A stretch of 63,948 nucleotides of DNA from a virus (IMGVR_UViG_3300046787_000415:1-63948); one strand, 5' to 3'; shown: positions 9,041 through 19,296, numbered from the stretch's first letter. Notes: generated from the letters alone by a model not told the origin. A program made the numbers and translations.

Positions 9041-10189
9041 CTAGTTAGTAATAGTGAAGGTAGCACTGGCAACATTGCTTGGTTTAAATGTGCCATTGCC
9101 ATCTACAGATGCTTGTAGTTTACAAGTTCCTATTGTCTTCAACTCAATCTTATCTCCTACCACGTCGCAAACTAACGGGCTTAGAGATAGGACACGAGGG
9201 GTAGTGGTGAATCCTAGGGTAACCGACTTGCTGGTAGCGGTCAATTTAGCAAACCATGAGATACCGATTAACTTCCATATAGCGAGTGAATACTTACCAG
9301 AGATACTTAGAGTTGCTTTATTAGCGAACTTAGTAGGTAACTCTGGGTGAGAAACCTGAGTCGCAGATGGCACAACCACAGGGTAAGTAGCAGGGTTGGC
9401 AACAACTGAACCACATGAACCTAGGTTAGTTTCGCCAGCATTCGCATCGTAGATTGACTCGAAGCAAGTAGTACTAGCCGACCCGCCACTAATGATGGTT
9501 GGCAAGACAATTGCTTTAACAGCAGCAGAGTCGGGGTTAGTTGCTACATATGACCAGTAGTTGGCGGAGTTACAGCCAAGGGCATTACATGATGCCACGT
9601 CAATGATGTACATAGTTTCAGGAGATACAGCCAGCTCAGCGTGAGTGTCAGTATCTATGAACTCCACCTTGGTCGAGTTAATAGGGCTTCCAGTCAATCC
9701 AGACTTCCAGTAAGTAACCCTGTAGCCATAGATAGGCAGGTTGCCAGTGCCTGTAGCAGGTACCCACGCGACATTCACCTCAGTATCAGACACCGCTTCA
9801 GAGGTCACCAGAAGAGGCGCACTAGGGATTGATGCAGCACCTACAGTATTTGACACACCAGAGGTCGCTAGGGTCGTAGAACCGCTCTTAGTGGCTACAG
9901 TGAAGTTAAAGCTCCCCGTGTAACCCAACTGAGCATTGCTAAAGGTACATACATTTGTTAGCGCACCAGTGACTGTACAGGTCTTACCGCCAGTAGCGGT
10001 AACGACATAGCCAGTCACATTTGTCTTAGTGGTGGGAGTCTGCCAAGTAACCATATACCCCAGGTCAACTCGGTAGTAGGCACTGACGCCAAGAGCTTCT
10101 TGGCCAGTAGCAGCATTAGCTGCACCACCAGCAAATAGGCTTCCAGCAGCGATAAGTACAGCGGAGAGTGTTGCGATTGCCTTGTTCAT
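9041..10189 (-). CDS. exported fibronectin type III domain protein
   Basis: signal peptide (ANA); two FN3-like repeats (W..P....GY.V). Confidence 0.75.
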   Translation of the reverse strand: MNKAIATLSAVLIAAGSLFAGGAANAATGQEALGVSAYYRVDLGYMVTWQTPTTKTNVTGYVVTATGGKTCTVTGALTNVCTFSNAQLGYTGSFNFTVATKSGSTTLATSGVSNTVGAASIPSAPLLVTSEAVSDTEVNVAWVPATGTGNLPIYGYRVTYWKSGLTGSPINSTKVEFIDTDTHAELAVSPETMYIIDVASCNALGCNSANYWSYVATNPDSAAVKAIVLPTIISGGSASTTCFESIYDANAGETNLGSCGSVVANPATYPVVVPSATQVSHPELPTKFANKATLSISGKYSLAIWKLIGISWFAKLTATSKSVTLGFTTTPRVLSLSPLVCDVVGDKIELKTIGTCKLQASVDGNGTFKPSNVASATFTITN

Positions 10190-10217
10190 TTAGTTTCCTT
10201 TCTAAAGGCTTATTTAG

Positions 10218-10246
10218 AAAGTACTACACCTAAAACTATTTGTCAA
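10218..10246 (-). promoter_or_regulatory. SigA-type promoter
   Basis: TTGACA-N17-TACTTT, then AAAGGA RBS before ATG 10189. Confidence 0.6.
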
Positions 10247-10254
10247 GTACTTAG

Positions 10255-10818
10255 TTAAAATCCGAGTCTCGATATTGCCATATATTTACTTCCTGACGTT
10301 ACAGGAGTGCCATAATGCATATAGTAGCTAGGGAACATCAATATGTCACCAATAGATGGCTTAATCTCTACATCAAAATCAGTGAAGCCAACATGTCCCC
10401 CAGTATAATCTTCATTTAAGTAGACGATACAGGTATAGATGCCATTGTCAAACGTGTAGTCTTCATCTCTATGAGGCACTATATGCCCACCCAAAACATA
10501 TTTTGATACGTGTGCTAACCACATTTCGCCGACAATAGTGTCGCGTCCGTCATGTGCAGATGAATTGATTAGGGATGCATAGGTTTTTAGAACTGTATTT
10601 AGTTCCTCTAGTATAGATTTTCCAAAAGGCAAAGACCTAGTAATTTCAATATCTTGCTCGTATCTGCGAGTTATGCCATCATTGTGGTTGTCATGCTGAT
10701 TACTACGCCACTCACCCTCGTCAGCCATGTTAGTGACTAATAGGGAATCACTCAGCGCATTATGAAATAGAACTACTCTATCTGCTAGCACACTATAGTT
10801 AGGGTCTAAAGTCGTCAT
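10255..10818 (-). CDS. 2OG-Fe(II) oxygenase (prolyl 4-hydroxylase-like)
   Basis: PHRD, YLNEDYTGG, FPS...H...V.SG.K motifs. Confidence 0.85.
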   Translation of the reverse strand: MTTLDPNYSVLADRVVLFHNALSDSLLVTNMADEGEWRSNQHDNHNDGITRRYEQDIEITRSLPFGKSILEELNTVLKTYASLINSSAHDGRDTIVGEMWLAHVSKYVLGGHIVPHRDEDYTFDNGIYTCIVYLNEDYTGGHVGFTDFDVEIKPSIGDILMFPSYYMHYGTPVTSGSKYMAISRLGF

Positions 10819-11098
10819 CTTCTTCGCCACGAATGTCCCCATCCAGGGCATCATTAATCATGTCATTAAAGCTGTTGATAATGTCATCGAACGATTCATT
10901 CACACGCACAATCTGCTTGTCTCGCATGAATACTTCAATCATCTCAGCTTTATATAGTAGCTTCTGAAGGACCTTTTGGTCACGACTAGTTAAGTTTTTT
11001 AGTAGAGGATTGGCCAAAATCATCTGCTGAATGTCATACATGTGGCGCTGCTTCTGAAGCTTGCGAAGCTGCTTTTCAGTGGCTCTAATACCGCTCAT
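10799..11098 (-). CDS. hypothetical protein
   Basis: GAGGA RBS; operon context. Confidence 0.65.
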   Translation of the reverse strand: MSGIRATEKQLRKLQKQRHMYDIQQMILANPLLKNLTSRDQKVLQKLLYKAEMIEVFMRDKQIVRVNESFDDIINSFNDMINDALDGDIRGEEDDDFRP

Positions 11099-11167
11099 GT
11101 TCCTCTATCTTCTCTACTACATGGTAGCAATATTGAATGCTCTTATAACTAATTTTACCTTGGATAG

Positions 11168-11359
11168 CTAATCTTTATTCATAGCTCTACGCCAAGGAAA
11201 TACAGTTAGTCGTTCAGACTTCCAGTCGTACTTAAAATATTCATTGTCATAACTGCTATAGTTCAGAATTTCTCTTAAAACTAGCCAGTCAAGTACTTCT
11301 TCACGACCCTCTTGGCGAAATCTTTCCGCCTCTTCGCTACTCAGTTGGCCATTTGTCAT
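11168..11359 (-). CDS. hypothetical protein
   Basis: overlapping operon context. Confidence 0.55.
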   Translation of the reverse strand: MTNGQLSSEEAERFRQEGREEVLDWLVLREILNYSSYDNEYFKYDWKSERLTVFPWRRAMNKD

Positions 11360-11639
11360 CGATAACCATCATTGCAATCATGCTATAGTTCGCAAGATCT
11401 AGGAAAGAATCACGCAAACTCTCATTTTCAGGAGTTGCACCACTGTCAATTAGGTGATTGATACGAGCAAGCTTGTCATGCATACGCACACGGAGGCCAT
11501 TAAGTGGTCCACCAGGAGAACGAGCAATGTTGAATGGCCCATAGTCCATCTGCTTCTTTACAAGCACTTGGTATGTCTCACCGTAATACGGCTTCGATAC
11601 TTCTTTGAATTCCTCAATGTCCATGACTATCCTTTCCAA
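11337..11639 (-). CDS. DUF1599 / nucleotide-modification-associated domain protein (all-alpha NTP pyrophosphatase-like)
   Basis: KQMDYG...RMHDKLARI...ESLRDSFLDLANY. Confidence 0.8.
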   Translation of the reverse strand: MERIVMDIEEFKEVSKPYYGETYQVLVKKQMDYGPFNIARSPGGPLNGLRVRMHDKLARINHLIDSGATPENESLRDSFLDLANYSMIAMMVIDDKWPTE

Positions 11640-11895
11640 GAATCTCTTTAACTAGATCTTTTGCACTCTTCTTGTCCTCGTCAGGCAAAGCGCCATACTT
11701 ATGTAGAAGATGTAACAATATAGAAGCATACAGCACTTCATCCATGAAAGTTAGTCCAGGGACCCAATCAAACGGATCAGGAAGAAGTATCAAAGCTATA
11801 AGTAGCCAAGTAGATGCTTTAACCCACCAAGGGCATCTTTTATAGTTCTGGGTATACCTGCCCGCAACAGCCTTTACACGTTTTTTAATCGTCAA
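11614..11895 (-). CDS. YkvA/DUF1232-like membrane protein
   Basis: P-D-(F)D-VPGL-F-DE motif between two hydrophobic segments. Confidence 0.6.
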   Translation of the reverse strand: MTIKKRVKAVAGRYTQNYKRCPWWVKASTWLLIALILLPDPFDWVPGLTFMDEVLYASILLHLLHKYGALPDEDKKSAKDLVKEILGKDSHGH

Positions 11896-12346
11896 GATCT
11901 ATCTCATCAATCTGCTCTCCCAGTATGACGCACTCTTCACATACATGCCACAAGACATCATCGACTAGCTGAGTTATATAATATGCACCTGCAGTTGCAG
12001 CATGCTCTTCGAAATCTTTATGTTTATCACACAAGGCGCATCTAAACATTTTGTGACCCATATTGAACTCACCATCTTTAGTAAGCTCTACCCTGAAAGT
12101 TACACCGTTATCGATGCTTCGCATTTCCATGACCATGGCAATGCCATAGCCATCTTCATACGCTTCCTCGTATAAGTCTTCTTCATCCTGAGTAGCAATG
12201 CGCATTTTTACCTGAGCGTAGCTACTTTTGTAATCTTCTACTTCAGAATGCTTAAGCCATACCCAGTCAACATAGTTACAGTTGTCGTCGGCTTCATAGT
12301 AGTCGAACTTATATAAATTCTTTACTTCGTCATTGGATGATTCCAT
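11885..12346 (-). CDS. hypothetical protein with two CxxC pairs
   Basis: CALC...CEEC. Confidence 0.65.
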   Translation of the reverse strand: MESSNDEVKNLYKFDYYEADDNCNYVDWVWLKHSEVEDYKSSYAQVKMRIATQDEEDLYEEAYEDGYGIAMVMEMRSIDNGVTFRVELTKDGEFNMGHKMFRCALCDKHKDFEEHAATAGAYYITQLVDDVLWHVCEECVILGEQIDEIDLDD

Positions 12347-12358
12347 ATATAAAATCTA

Positions 12359-12700
12359 TCAGTATTTATATAAATCTTCATCAAATTTAATGGTATATCT
12401 TGGATCATTAGGATTGGCGTCTGCCGCGAGCGCCCCTGGATATACGGTGTGTGACCTAGAAATTAAGTCAGCAGAGACTCTATAAGCTACTTCCATAGCA
12501 GCCATGTGCTCTTTCAGGGTAGGGCTATCAGTAGCTTCACCCATCAATCTACACTCGCCAGCCTTACGCATAAGGTCGCGCCAAAAGATCTCGCGAGCTC
12601 TAGTGAACCCATCTATAAATCCATCACGGAACCTATCCTCGTAGGGATCCCTAGGGTGCCCATCGTGATAGTTCACTGCCTCGTTGTTATTCTGACTCAC
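12359..12700 (-). CDS. hypothetical protein
   Basis: AGGAG RBS; operon context. Confidence 0.65.
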   Translation of the reverse strand: MSQNNNEAVNYHDGHPRDPYEDRFRDGFIDGFTRAREIFWRDLMRKAGECRLMGEATDSPTLKEHMAAMEVAYRVSADLISRSHTVYPGALAADANPNDPRYTIKFDEDLYKY

Positions 12701-12935
12701 GTAGATCTATCTCCTTTAGAAGGTGTATCACATAGTTGATTCCGTCTTCCCAACGGAGGTCTCGGTCTGGCAGAGACTCTCTAGCCGAGATGACCTGCGA
12801 GGCTAAGACCTCGGCAAACTTTTCCCTGAAACGTAGCTCGCCCTCTTGCATGAATATCTTAACTACCAGCTCTACCGCGGTGTTATCTAGTTCTAGCTCT
12901 AGTTCCTCAGAGAACTTATCTTTATAGGCCATCAC
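12687..12935 (-). CDS. hypothetical protein
   Basis: overlaps neighbouring genes in operon. Confidence 0.6.
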   Translation of the reverse strand: MMAYKDKFSEELELELDNTAVELVVKIFMQEGELRFREKFAEVLASQVISARESLPDRDLRWEDGINYVIHLLKEIDLRESE

Positions 12936-14017
12936 ATCCCAATCTCTAGTGCCCTAGCTGAAAGATCTTCAGCTATATGAATATGCTTGTGGACCCCGTA
13001 ATGGGACCCGTCTCTAGTAAACCTATCAGTTCCTTCATGAAAAGATAGGCCATATTTTTCTATTAGACCTTGATGACAAGGCCAGAAACAGACGCATCTC
13101 TGTGAATCTGCTAGTTCATTAGAGCATCCAAAATCTGCCATCGTATCTTCCATATGAGCTAACTTGAAGTCTGCGATACCCTCTGGATCTTTCTCTGTAC
13201 TTTCCAGGGTATACAGATGCGACTTCCAAAGAGATAGTCCATCTAACTTTACGTAATTCTCAAACTGATACTTCTCAGGTAGGCCTCTAACTAGCCAAAC
13301 TAGGCTATCAGCCCAGCTGGACCAGACTAGTTTTATGTCAGCAGCCTTGCAGAATCTCTCTAAGTCTTTTATTTTTGTAATAGAAGCCTTAACTGACTCT
13401 TCTAGAATCATCGTATTTTCTATAGGATACGGCTTTTTCAAGTAGTTAGGTGCAGGGTATCCAGCTGGACTATACGAGAGAAGCTTAAGTTTCCCGTCGT
13501 TACTTCTGTACTGGGGAATGAAGTCATTATCACTAGTTTCCGTGGTGTCATTTATCTCAGAGTTGATGACCACATCATGCCTAAGAATGTCGGGGAATAG
13601 TACAATAATTCCACGGACAGGTTTGCCAAAAGTATCTATGTATCTATATATAGAATCAATAATCCATTCGACACTAGCACCAGGCATCGACACGTTCACA
13701 TATGAGGCATCTAGCGTTTTAGATAGATGTACGGGCCATGGCCCATCATCAGGCACACCTATCCCAAACGTCTGAGAACAGCCAGCAGTTAGTACATCAT
13801 ATTTACTAGAGAAGTCAGGCCCCCGATAGTTGTAGTTATTTAGAGTGTATATATTATAACTATCATGATTGGCTTGGATATCCGAGCTTCTCCAGGATAT
13901 TGGAGTAGGCATAGGCATAATAGTTTTACCAAATATTGATTCCTTAAAATCACCAGAGAAGCTTAGCTTCCTACGATAATTTTTAGGTGGTATAACTATT
14001 ACTGGATCGTCAGTCAC
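12932..14017 (-). CDS. SGNH-like family protein, paralog 1 of 6
   Basis: NNYNYRGPDF, AGCSQTFGIG, NVSMPG and D....HYGVHKHIHIA motifs shared with five other ORFs. Confidence 0.7.
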   Translation of the reverse strand: MTDDPVIVIPPKNYRRKLSFSGDFKESIFGKTIMPMPTPISWRSSDIQANHDSYNIYTLNNYNYRGPDFSSKYDVLTAGCSQTFGIGVPDDGPWPVHLSKTLDASYVNVSMPGASVEWIIDSIYRYIDTFGKPVRGIIVLFPDILRHDVVINSEINDTTETSDNDFIPQYRSNDGKLKLLSYSPAGYPAPNYLKKPYPIENTMILEESVKASITKIKDLERFCKAADIKLVWSSWADSLVWLVRGLPEKYQFENYVKLDGLSLWKSHLYTLESTEKDPEGIADFKLAHMEDTMADFGCSNELADSQRCVCFWPCHQGLIEKYGLSFHEGTDRFTRDGSHYGVHKHIHIAEDLSARALEIGM

Positions 14018-14221
14018 TTACTTCAAGCTTCTAGTCTCTACAACAAAGTCATAGAGATATCTAATCTGCATGGTTTTATCGCAGGCATGGTCAGATAGAT
14101 CTCCACTACAAAAAGTTTTGTGGTACTTTTCTAGAACCTTACGCAAGCGAGTACGCTCTTCGTCAACACCAGCCTCGAAAGCGCGATGCTCTGGAGTTCC
14201 TTCTTCATATGTATTAGCCAT
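14018..14221 (-). CDS. hypothetical protein
   Basis: operon context. Confidence 0.6.
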   Translation of the reverse strand: MANTYEEGTPEHRAFEAGVDEERTRLRKVLEKYHKTFCSGDLSDHACDKTMQIRYLYDFVVETRSLK

Positions 14222-14268
14222 TTATAGCTCACCAATCATATCTGTCAATATATTACCCAAAGTCTATC

Positions 14269-15288
14269 TCATATACCCATATCCGATGCCCGATGAGCAA
14301 ACTCATCAGCAATGTGGATGTGTTTGTGGACTCCAATGTGGGACTGACCATCATTAAATTTAAACCTATCTGTGCCAGCATAGAAGGATAGGTCGTACAG
14401 TGCACTCAGCTCCGAGTGGCAGGTAAGGTCTACACCATGTTCATCTACTAGGTAGTCTTGGACAACATCTACATCATTAAAACGAGACTCCCAGGAGTGC
14501 TTACTAACATTTATGTAGTTGCTGAACTTATATTCAGTCGGTAGATTGTTGACTAGCTCAGATAGAGTCTCGCTCCATGTCCCCCATATAAGAGGTATTC
14601 CAGCTTGAGCGCAAAATATCTCTAGGTCTTTTATAGCTTTGATAGTACGTCTGATTGACTCTTCTTCAATAGTCGTATCCTCAATAGGGAACGGCTTCTT
14701 TAGGAAACTCACGGGATCTTTATGCTTTAGGTGGTATGTAACCAGTCGTACATCCTTGGCATCATCTCCATAGTACTGAGGCACATAGTCAGAGATCGAG
14801 GGGTTGGGGCAGCTATTTAGGACATTATTCACTATTTGGTCTACTCGATACATATCTGGAGCAAGGACCATAATGCCACGACTTGGCTTACCAAAAGTGT
14901 GGACATATCTATATATAGAATCAGTGATCCACTCCATACCAGCGCCAAGCATCGATAGATTCACATAAGTGCCATCTAGGGTTTCAGCTACAAATCTTGG
15001 CCAGACACCGTCATCAGGTACACCTATACCAAAAGTTTGGGAGCAACCTGCAAAAATAAAATCTACATCGCTAGTAAACTCTGGGCCTCTACAGTTGTAG
15101 GAATTTAAAGTGTACTCATTGTAAGTGTCGTACTTGGCCTGTACATCGGAAGTGCTCCAGCCATTAGGTAGTGGACTCTTCAGAAGTTTTTTAGAGAAGA
15201 TATTATCAGCCAGATTGCCAGAAAATGATGGAGCTTTCTCATGCCCACTTGTGTGGTACGTACGACCAGGAATCTGAACTTCACTCAT
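14269..15288 (-). CDS. SGNH-like family protein, paralog 2 of 6
   Basis: AGCSQTFGIGVPDDG, HIGVHKHIHIA; close to paralog 1; start refined to MSEVQ. Confidence 0.7.
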   Translation of the reverse strand: MSEVQIPGRTYHTSGHEKAPSFSGNLADNIFSKKLLKSPLPNGWSTSDVQAKYDTYNEYTLNSYNCRGPEFTSDVDFIFAGCSQTFGIGVPDDGVWPRFVAETLDGTYVNLSMLGAGMEWITDSIYRYVHTFGKPSRGIMVLAPDMYRVDQIVNNVLNSCPNPSISDYVPQYYGDDAKDVRLVTYHLKHKDPVSFLKKPFPIEDTTIEEESIRRTIKAIKDLEIFCAQAGIPLIWGTWSETLSELVNNLPTEYKFSNYINVSKHSWESRFNDVDVVQDYLVDEHGVDLTCHSELSALYDLSFYAGTDRFKFNDGQSHIGVHKHIHIADEFAHRASDMGI

Positions 15289-15557
15289 CGTGGATCTCCT
15301 CCGCAGCACCCATCGCACCCATGGATTGTATTTAGAACGATATCATCTGGGTCTGGATGCCCGATACCATGAGGGCACATACGCTCCATAAACTTACGGT
15401 CCTGACGCCACCTCTGAGGAAATTCAACCATAGAGTGAGGAGAAGGGTTGTGAATAGTGCAGTAATCATTTCTACACTGGTTAGGTCGATGGACATTTAC
15501 AATCAATTGATTATAATCATCTACCCAGGATGTCTCACTAACCTTCTCAACACTCAT
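15285..15557 (-). CDS. Cys/His-rich hypothetical protein
   Basis: C..YCTIH, ERMCPHGIGHPDPD, HGCDGCC. Confidence 0.7.
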   Translation of the reverse strand: MSVEKVSETSWVDDYNQLIVNVHRPNQCRNDYCTIHNPSPHSMVEFPQRWRQDRKFMERMCPHGIGHPDPDDIVLNTIHGCDGCCGGDPR

Positions 15558-15567
15558 GGTGGGTTCC

Positions 15568-15846
15568 TTAGATTACGTGTAGCTCGCCAGTCGTCCAAGC
15601 AAGCTCTTCGTAGCCACCACGAGGGGCAACCTTGAACTGCGCACCGTCTGGAATCTCTACGATAGTTAGAGTAGATCCGCCATCTCCGCGATTGTCTCCT
15701 GCTTCGAAAGAAGCAATTAGACGTGGATCGGTTCGACTTACATCAGAAACCTGCATGTTTGGATTAGTCTTTAGCTCAGGGAAAAGCTCCTTCTGAGCCT
15801 CTGACAAAGTAAATCCATGAGGACAACGGTTTATTAGTACCTTCAT
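15568..15846 (-). CDS. hypothetical phage protein
   Basis: AAGGAG RBS; KVLINRC.GF.LS...L.IVEIPD pattern. Confidence 0.7.
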   Translation of the reverse strand: MKVLINRCPHGFTLSEAQKELFPELKTNPNMQVSDVSRTDPRLIASFEAGDNRGDGGSTLTIVEIPDGAQFKVAPRGGYEELAWTTGELHVI

Positions 15847-15868
15847 AATATCTCCTTCTTAGACTGGA

Positions 15869-16006
15869 TTAGTCTATCACGGCATCTAGAAAATAGAGTT
15901 CAGGTCCAAACTGCTCATTCAAAATATTTAGCTGATGCTCCAGCGAATCTATGCTAGAGCTCACCCACAGAGATGAGCCAGTGGCTTTAACGTATATTGC
16001 CCACAT
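15869..16006 (-). CDS. possible small protein (45 aa, not in ORF track)
   Basis: hand translation MWAIYVKATG...DAVID fills the gap in the operon. Confidence 0.35.
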   Translation of the reverse strand: MWAIYVKATGSSLWVSSSIDSLEHQLNILNEQFGPELYFLDAVID

Positions 16007-16012
16007 AAGCGG

Positions 16013-16204
16013 CTAGACTTCTCGCATTTTATGCTTATGAGCCCCGTCACAGATTGGCTTTTCTTTAGTCAATCCACATCCACAGAGTTTAATATTAGTG
16101 ACCGTCTCGAGGACATTACCTTCAATGTCCACTAAATCGACAGTCCCCGCGATCTTGATAGACCCAGACTTAGGGTTGATGAATACCTTTACGTTATCTG
16201 ACAT
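16013..16204 (-). CDS. CDGSH-type 2Fe-2S protein
   Basis: LCGCGLTKEKPICDGAH matches C-x-C-x2-(S/T)-x3-P-x-C-D-G-(S/A)-H. Confidence 0.85.
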   Translation of the reverse strand: MSDNVKVFINPKSGSIKIAGTVDLVDIEGNVLETVTNIKLCGCGLTKEKPICDGAHKHKMREV

Positions 16205-16500
16205 TAGAACGCCTCGCATTCAGGACAGCCGACGTTTTCTTCATAGACACGCACGCCTTTAAGGATGCGAGCAGCCATCTCCATACCACGTGCATGCTGC
16301 GCAAATTGGTCGTGGTCTCGAACTAGCTCCGCAACTTCAGAAAACTCGCGTAATTGTCTCGCTTTACGCTCTAGCTCAGCAATCATGTTGGCACGTTCTA
16401 AACTTGCACCTTTAATTTGGTGCTCCATAGTTAGTTCGTCATACTCATCTAGAGTCAGCTCGCGAGCTACATCTTTTTTAGTAGGTGGCTTCTTTCTCAT
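16204..16500 (-). CDS. hypothetical protein
   Basis: AGGAG RBS; operon context. Confidence 0.65.
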   Translation of the reverse strand: MRKKPPTKKDVARELTLDEYDELTMEHQIKGASLERANMIAELERKARQLREFSEVAELVRDHDQFAQHARGMEMAARILKGVRVYEENVGCPECEAF

Positions 16501-16509
16501 TTGAATCTC

Positions 16510-17613
16510 CTAATCTGCATCCGAGCTTACCACACGGAAGGTATTTCCGCCAGTTGGCTTTAGCTCTTTCCAGATCATAGGGATAGTAGTACGGTCTTCA
16601 TACATCATAAAGAAGTAGCCCTTATCCTTTTCATCCTTGACAGCCAATGCAAAGTTCTTCTTTGCTTCGCGCTCTTCAACATGTGGGTGAGAGAAGGTAT
16701 CTTCTAGTGGTCCAAACATGATTGCCCGATACGCCTTGATAAGTTCTAGGTGGCGCTTCTCGAAATCTGCCCATAGGCGGTTAGCTACTTCTTTAATCCA
16801 AACGTGAAACTCGTCAGGTGCTCCAGCGAACTCGGAGTCTAGGTCCTTCTCTTCCATCAGGCACTCCCAGACGTGACGTTCAGTCACACGAGTCATGTAC
16901 TTGTGAAGTCGCTTGTAGTCTTCGTACTTAATCTTGACCATTGCACCATCGGATACGCGAGTAACGACAAAGCCCTCAGCATTTTCACGCTCAGGGGCAT
17001 TTAGAACATCACCCCAGGTCTCGTAACTGTAGCGAGTAGCACAGTCCACCTCAGGAACCCAGCTAGGCTCGAAATGACCAGTCTCGTTATCCACAGTGCC
17101 AAGAAATACCAAGCCCTCTTTACCGTTGTAATCAACGACGATTCGGTTCTCAGGAAAAATGATTTCCCATAAATAGGTCTTTCCAGCCTCAAGAGCAATA
17201 TCTGGACGATTTTCGCGCCACCAGTTAGTTGCCCAAATAGCCTGGTCCGATGCAAAAGATCCACGGGTAGCGATAGCCTCCGAGAAGTCAGGCAGATAGT
17301 ATAAGATACCTAGAGATCCGTCAGCCTTATCAGAAGCGATAACTTTGTCGTCCAAAGACAACTTAGGAGCTTGCTCCTGGTCAGAGTTAAAGAACTTAGG
17401 CATACCGCGTGCAACGATATTGCCATCGTCATCCGTAATAAGTCCACGACAATTTAGGGTTGCCTCATCCCAAGCTTGGTCCCATGTGCAGGCGTCAGTG
17501 TAGTTGTGAACTAAATACCCTTGCACTTCAGGGTGCGACTGAACTTTGATATACCCAGCTTCTACAGCTTTTTTGTAGGTACCGCGGTCAATTACGTTGA
17601 AAATGTTAGCCAT
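16510..17613 (-). CDS. RNA ligase (T4 Rnl1-like)
   Basis: CRGL, KFFN, KADGS, TRGSF, EGFV and KIK nucleotidyltransferase motifs; coupled to Pnk. Confidence 0.9.
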   Translation of the reverse strand: MANIFNVIDRGTYKKAVEAGYIKVQSHPEVQGYLVHNYTDACTWDQAWDEATLNCRGLITDDDGNIVARGMPKFFNSDQEQAPKLSLDDKVIASDKADGSLGILYYLPDFSEAIATRGSFASDQAIWATNWWRENRPDIALEAGKTYLWEIIFPENRIVVDYNGKEGLVFLGTVDNETGHFEPSWVPEVDCATRYSYETWGDVLNAPERENAEGFVVTRVSDGAMVKIKYEDYKRLHKYMTRVTERHVWECLMEEKDLDSEFAGAPDEFHVWIKEVANRLWADFEKRHLELIKAYRAIMFGPLEDTFSHPHVEEREAKKNFALAVKDEKDKGYFFMMYEDRTTIPMIWKELKPTGGNTFRVVSSDAD

Positions 17614-18527
17614 CAGAAATTCCCTTCTGCAACCTGAAAAGTTGGCAACCCTAGCTTATTACGCCAGAGCTCTACTACCTGATTGCGGTCATCTAGCACG
17701 AACCACACCTTGTACTTATCAGCAATGTGCTCTTGAAATAGTTCATACTTTACAATCCAGTCAGGACGCATGTCTCCAGCAGCTCGCATATAGAGCTCAG
17801 TCTCAATGCCAAGCTCATTCCATAGCCAATCTTCCGTCTGCTTACGAGACTCTTCACCACGACCAGACATGAAGATGACCTTGTAGTCAGTCCAGGCAAG
17901 GTGATGCACCAAGGCAGAGACCGAATAGTTAGGAAGATCGGTGTGGACTTTATCTAGCTCATAAGGTCCACGGCCGTTCATAAGAGCCATGGTCCCATCA
18001 ATGTCGCAAAGAATAACCAAAGGCAGGTCCTGCTCATTGTCGTACTTCTCAATAGTCGGAATAGGAGGAGTAACCCATGGCTTCAACTTCTCCACTGGCT
18101 TAGCCATCTTGCGGATAATGTCTGCACCAACTACACGGTCGCGCTTCGAGTCTCGCTCGATGCACTCTTCAATAGGAACGTTCAAGAAATTATCTACAAC
18201 GATGAACTCAGCACCGTGCAACAAAGTAACATCCTGCAAAGCCTTCACGGTATTAGTCGCAAGGTTAGTGTTATCGATATAGATATGCGTGATGTAGTCC
18301 TGCTCTAGAAAGGTCCTGAGCATTGAAAGACGCAAATGGTGCAACAACTCCTTAGAGTCATTGTTGAACATATTGCCCCACAGCTCGTTATAGAGCATCA
18401 CAGATAGGTCGTCATTATTGAGACGAACTGCAGATCCAGGCGGGTGCATAGCTAGCTGGTTCTTAACATAAGTGCTTTTACCAGAGCCAGGAATGCCACG
18501 AGGCAGGATAACTTTTTTAATAGGCAT
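17613..18527 (-). CDS. pseT: polynucleotide 5'-kinase/3'-phosphatase (T4 PseT-like)
   Basis: P-loop GIPGSGKST; HAD DIDGT; SGR; DDR motifs. Confidence 0.92.
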   Translation of the reverse strand: MPIKKVILPRGIPGSGKSTYVKNQLAMHPPGSAVRLNNDDLSVMLYNELWGNMFNNDSKELLHHLRLSMLRTFLEQDYITHIYIDNTNLATNTVKALQDVTLLHGAEFIVVDNFLNVPIEECIERDSKRDRVVGADIIRKMAKPVEKLKPWVTPPIPTIEKYDNEQDLPLVILCDIDGTMALMNGRGPYELDKVHTDLPNYSVSALVHHLAWTDYKVIFMSGRGEESRKQTEDWLWNELGIETELYMRAAGDMRPDWIVKYELFQEHIADKYKVWFVLDDRNQVVELWRNKLGLPTFQVAEGNF

Positions 18528-18873
18528 CTGGATCGAAACCCAACTGCTTCTCTAGTGGCTTGTTAGGGTCAGCAAGTATAACCTTGCCAAGCTTCTCTGC
18601 ATCTTTAGATACACGAAACACCTTTTCGAGACGGCGTAGATCTTCCTTGCGATGAGCAATCTGATCTAGGCTTACTTTCTTTAGAAAGCTTGCAGTAAAA
18701 GCCTTAGGAGATTTTTCTGCAGCAGCGAGGATACCTTCACGGAGAAGGTCATTTTCCAAAGTCAGCTTGTCAGCAATCTTCTTCCACTTCTCCGCGAGCT
18801 CCTGAGCCTTATCTGCATCAGAGCTGTAGCGACGTACAGTGCCTTCCCACGGTTCTTCAACACGACATGGCAT
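18517..18873 (-). CDS. hypothetical protein
   Basis: operon context. Confidence 0.65.
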   Translation of the reverse strand: MPCRVEEPWEGTVRRYSSDADKAQELAEKWKKIADKLTLENDLLREGILAAAEKSPKAFTASFLKKVSLDQIAHRKEDLRRLEKVFRVSKDAEKLGKVILADPNKPLEKQLGFDPDAY

Positions 18874-19055
18874 TAGTATCTCCTTCCAAAGATAATTACA
18901 ATCATACGCGTTCCTAGCATAATGTCAAGTGTATATTTACGCGGGCCATGGATACCATTTCTCTTGACACCCCATAGGTTCCAACCCCACATACGTGACT
19001 GCTCGCCCTGAGTTTTAGTGAGATCATATCGAATAACTCTAATGAACTTACTCAA
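18873..19055 (-). CDS. hypothetical protein
   Basis: operon context. Confidence 0.55.
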   Translation of the reverse strand: MSKFIRVIRYDLTKTQGEQSRMWGWNLWGVKRNGIHGPRKYTLDIMLGTRMIVIIFGRRY

Positions 19056-19296
19056 TTGACATCACCTTAGTACTAATCCAAGAATCATTCATTCCACCTA
19101 TGTAGAGACGTTTACCGATCTCTGGCTCACTTCTAGGGATTTCATAGAGCTCTATTACGCTGGTAACTTCGTCAGGAACAGCATACTTATAGAAAACTTT
19201 AAATGAGTCAAGTAGCTCACCATCTTTACTGTACTTACGACAAATCCCATGATCGTCAATGTCGTAGACCGATCCAGTTTCGGTTGTTATTCTCAT
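19048..19296 (-). CDS. hypothetical protein
   Basis: operon context. Confidence 0.65.
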   Translation of the reverse strand: MRITTETGSVYDIDDHGICRKYSKDGELLDSFKVFYKYAVPDEVTSVIELYEIPRSEPEIGKRLYIGGMNDSWISTKVMSIE

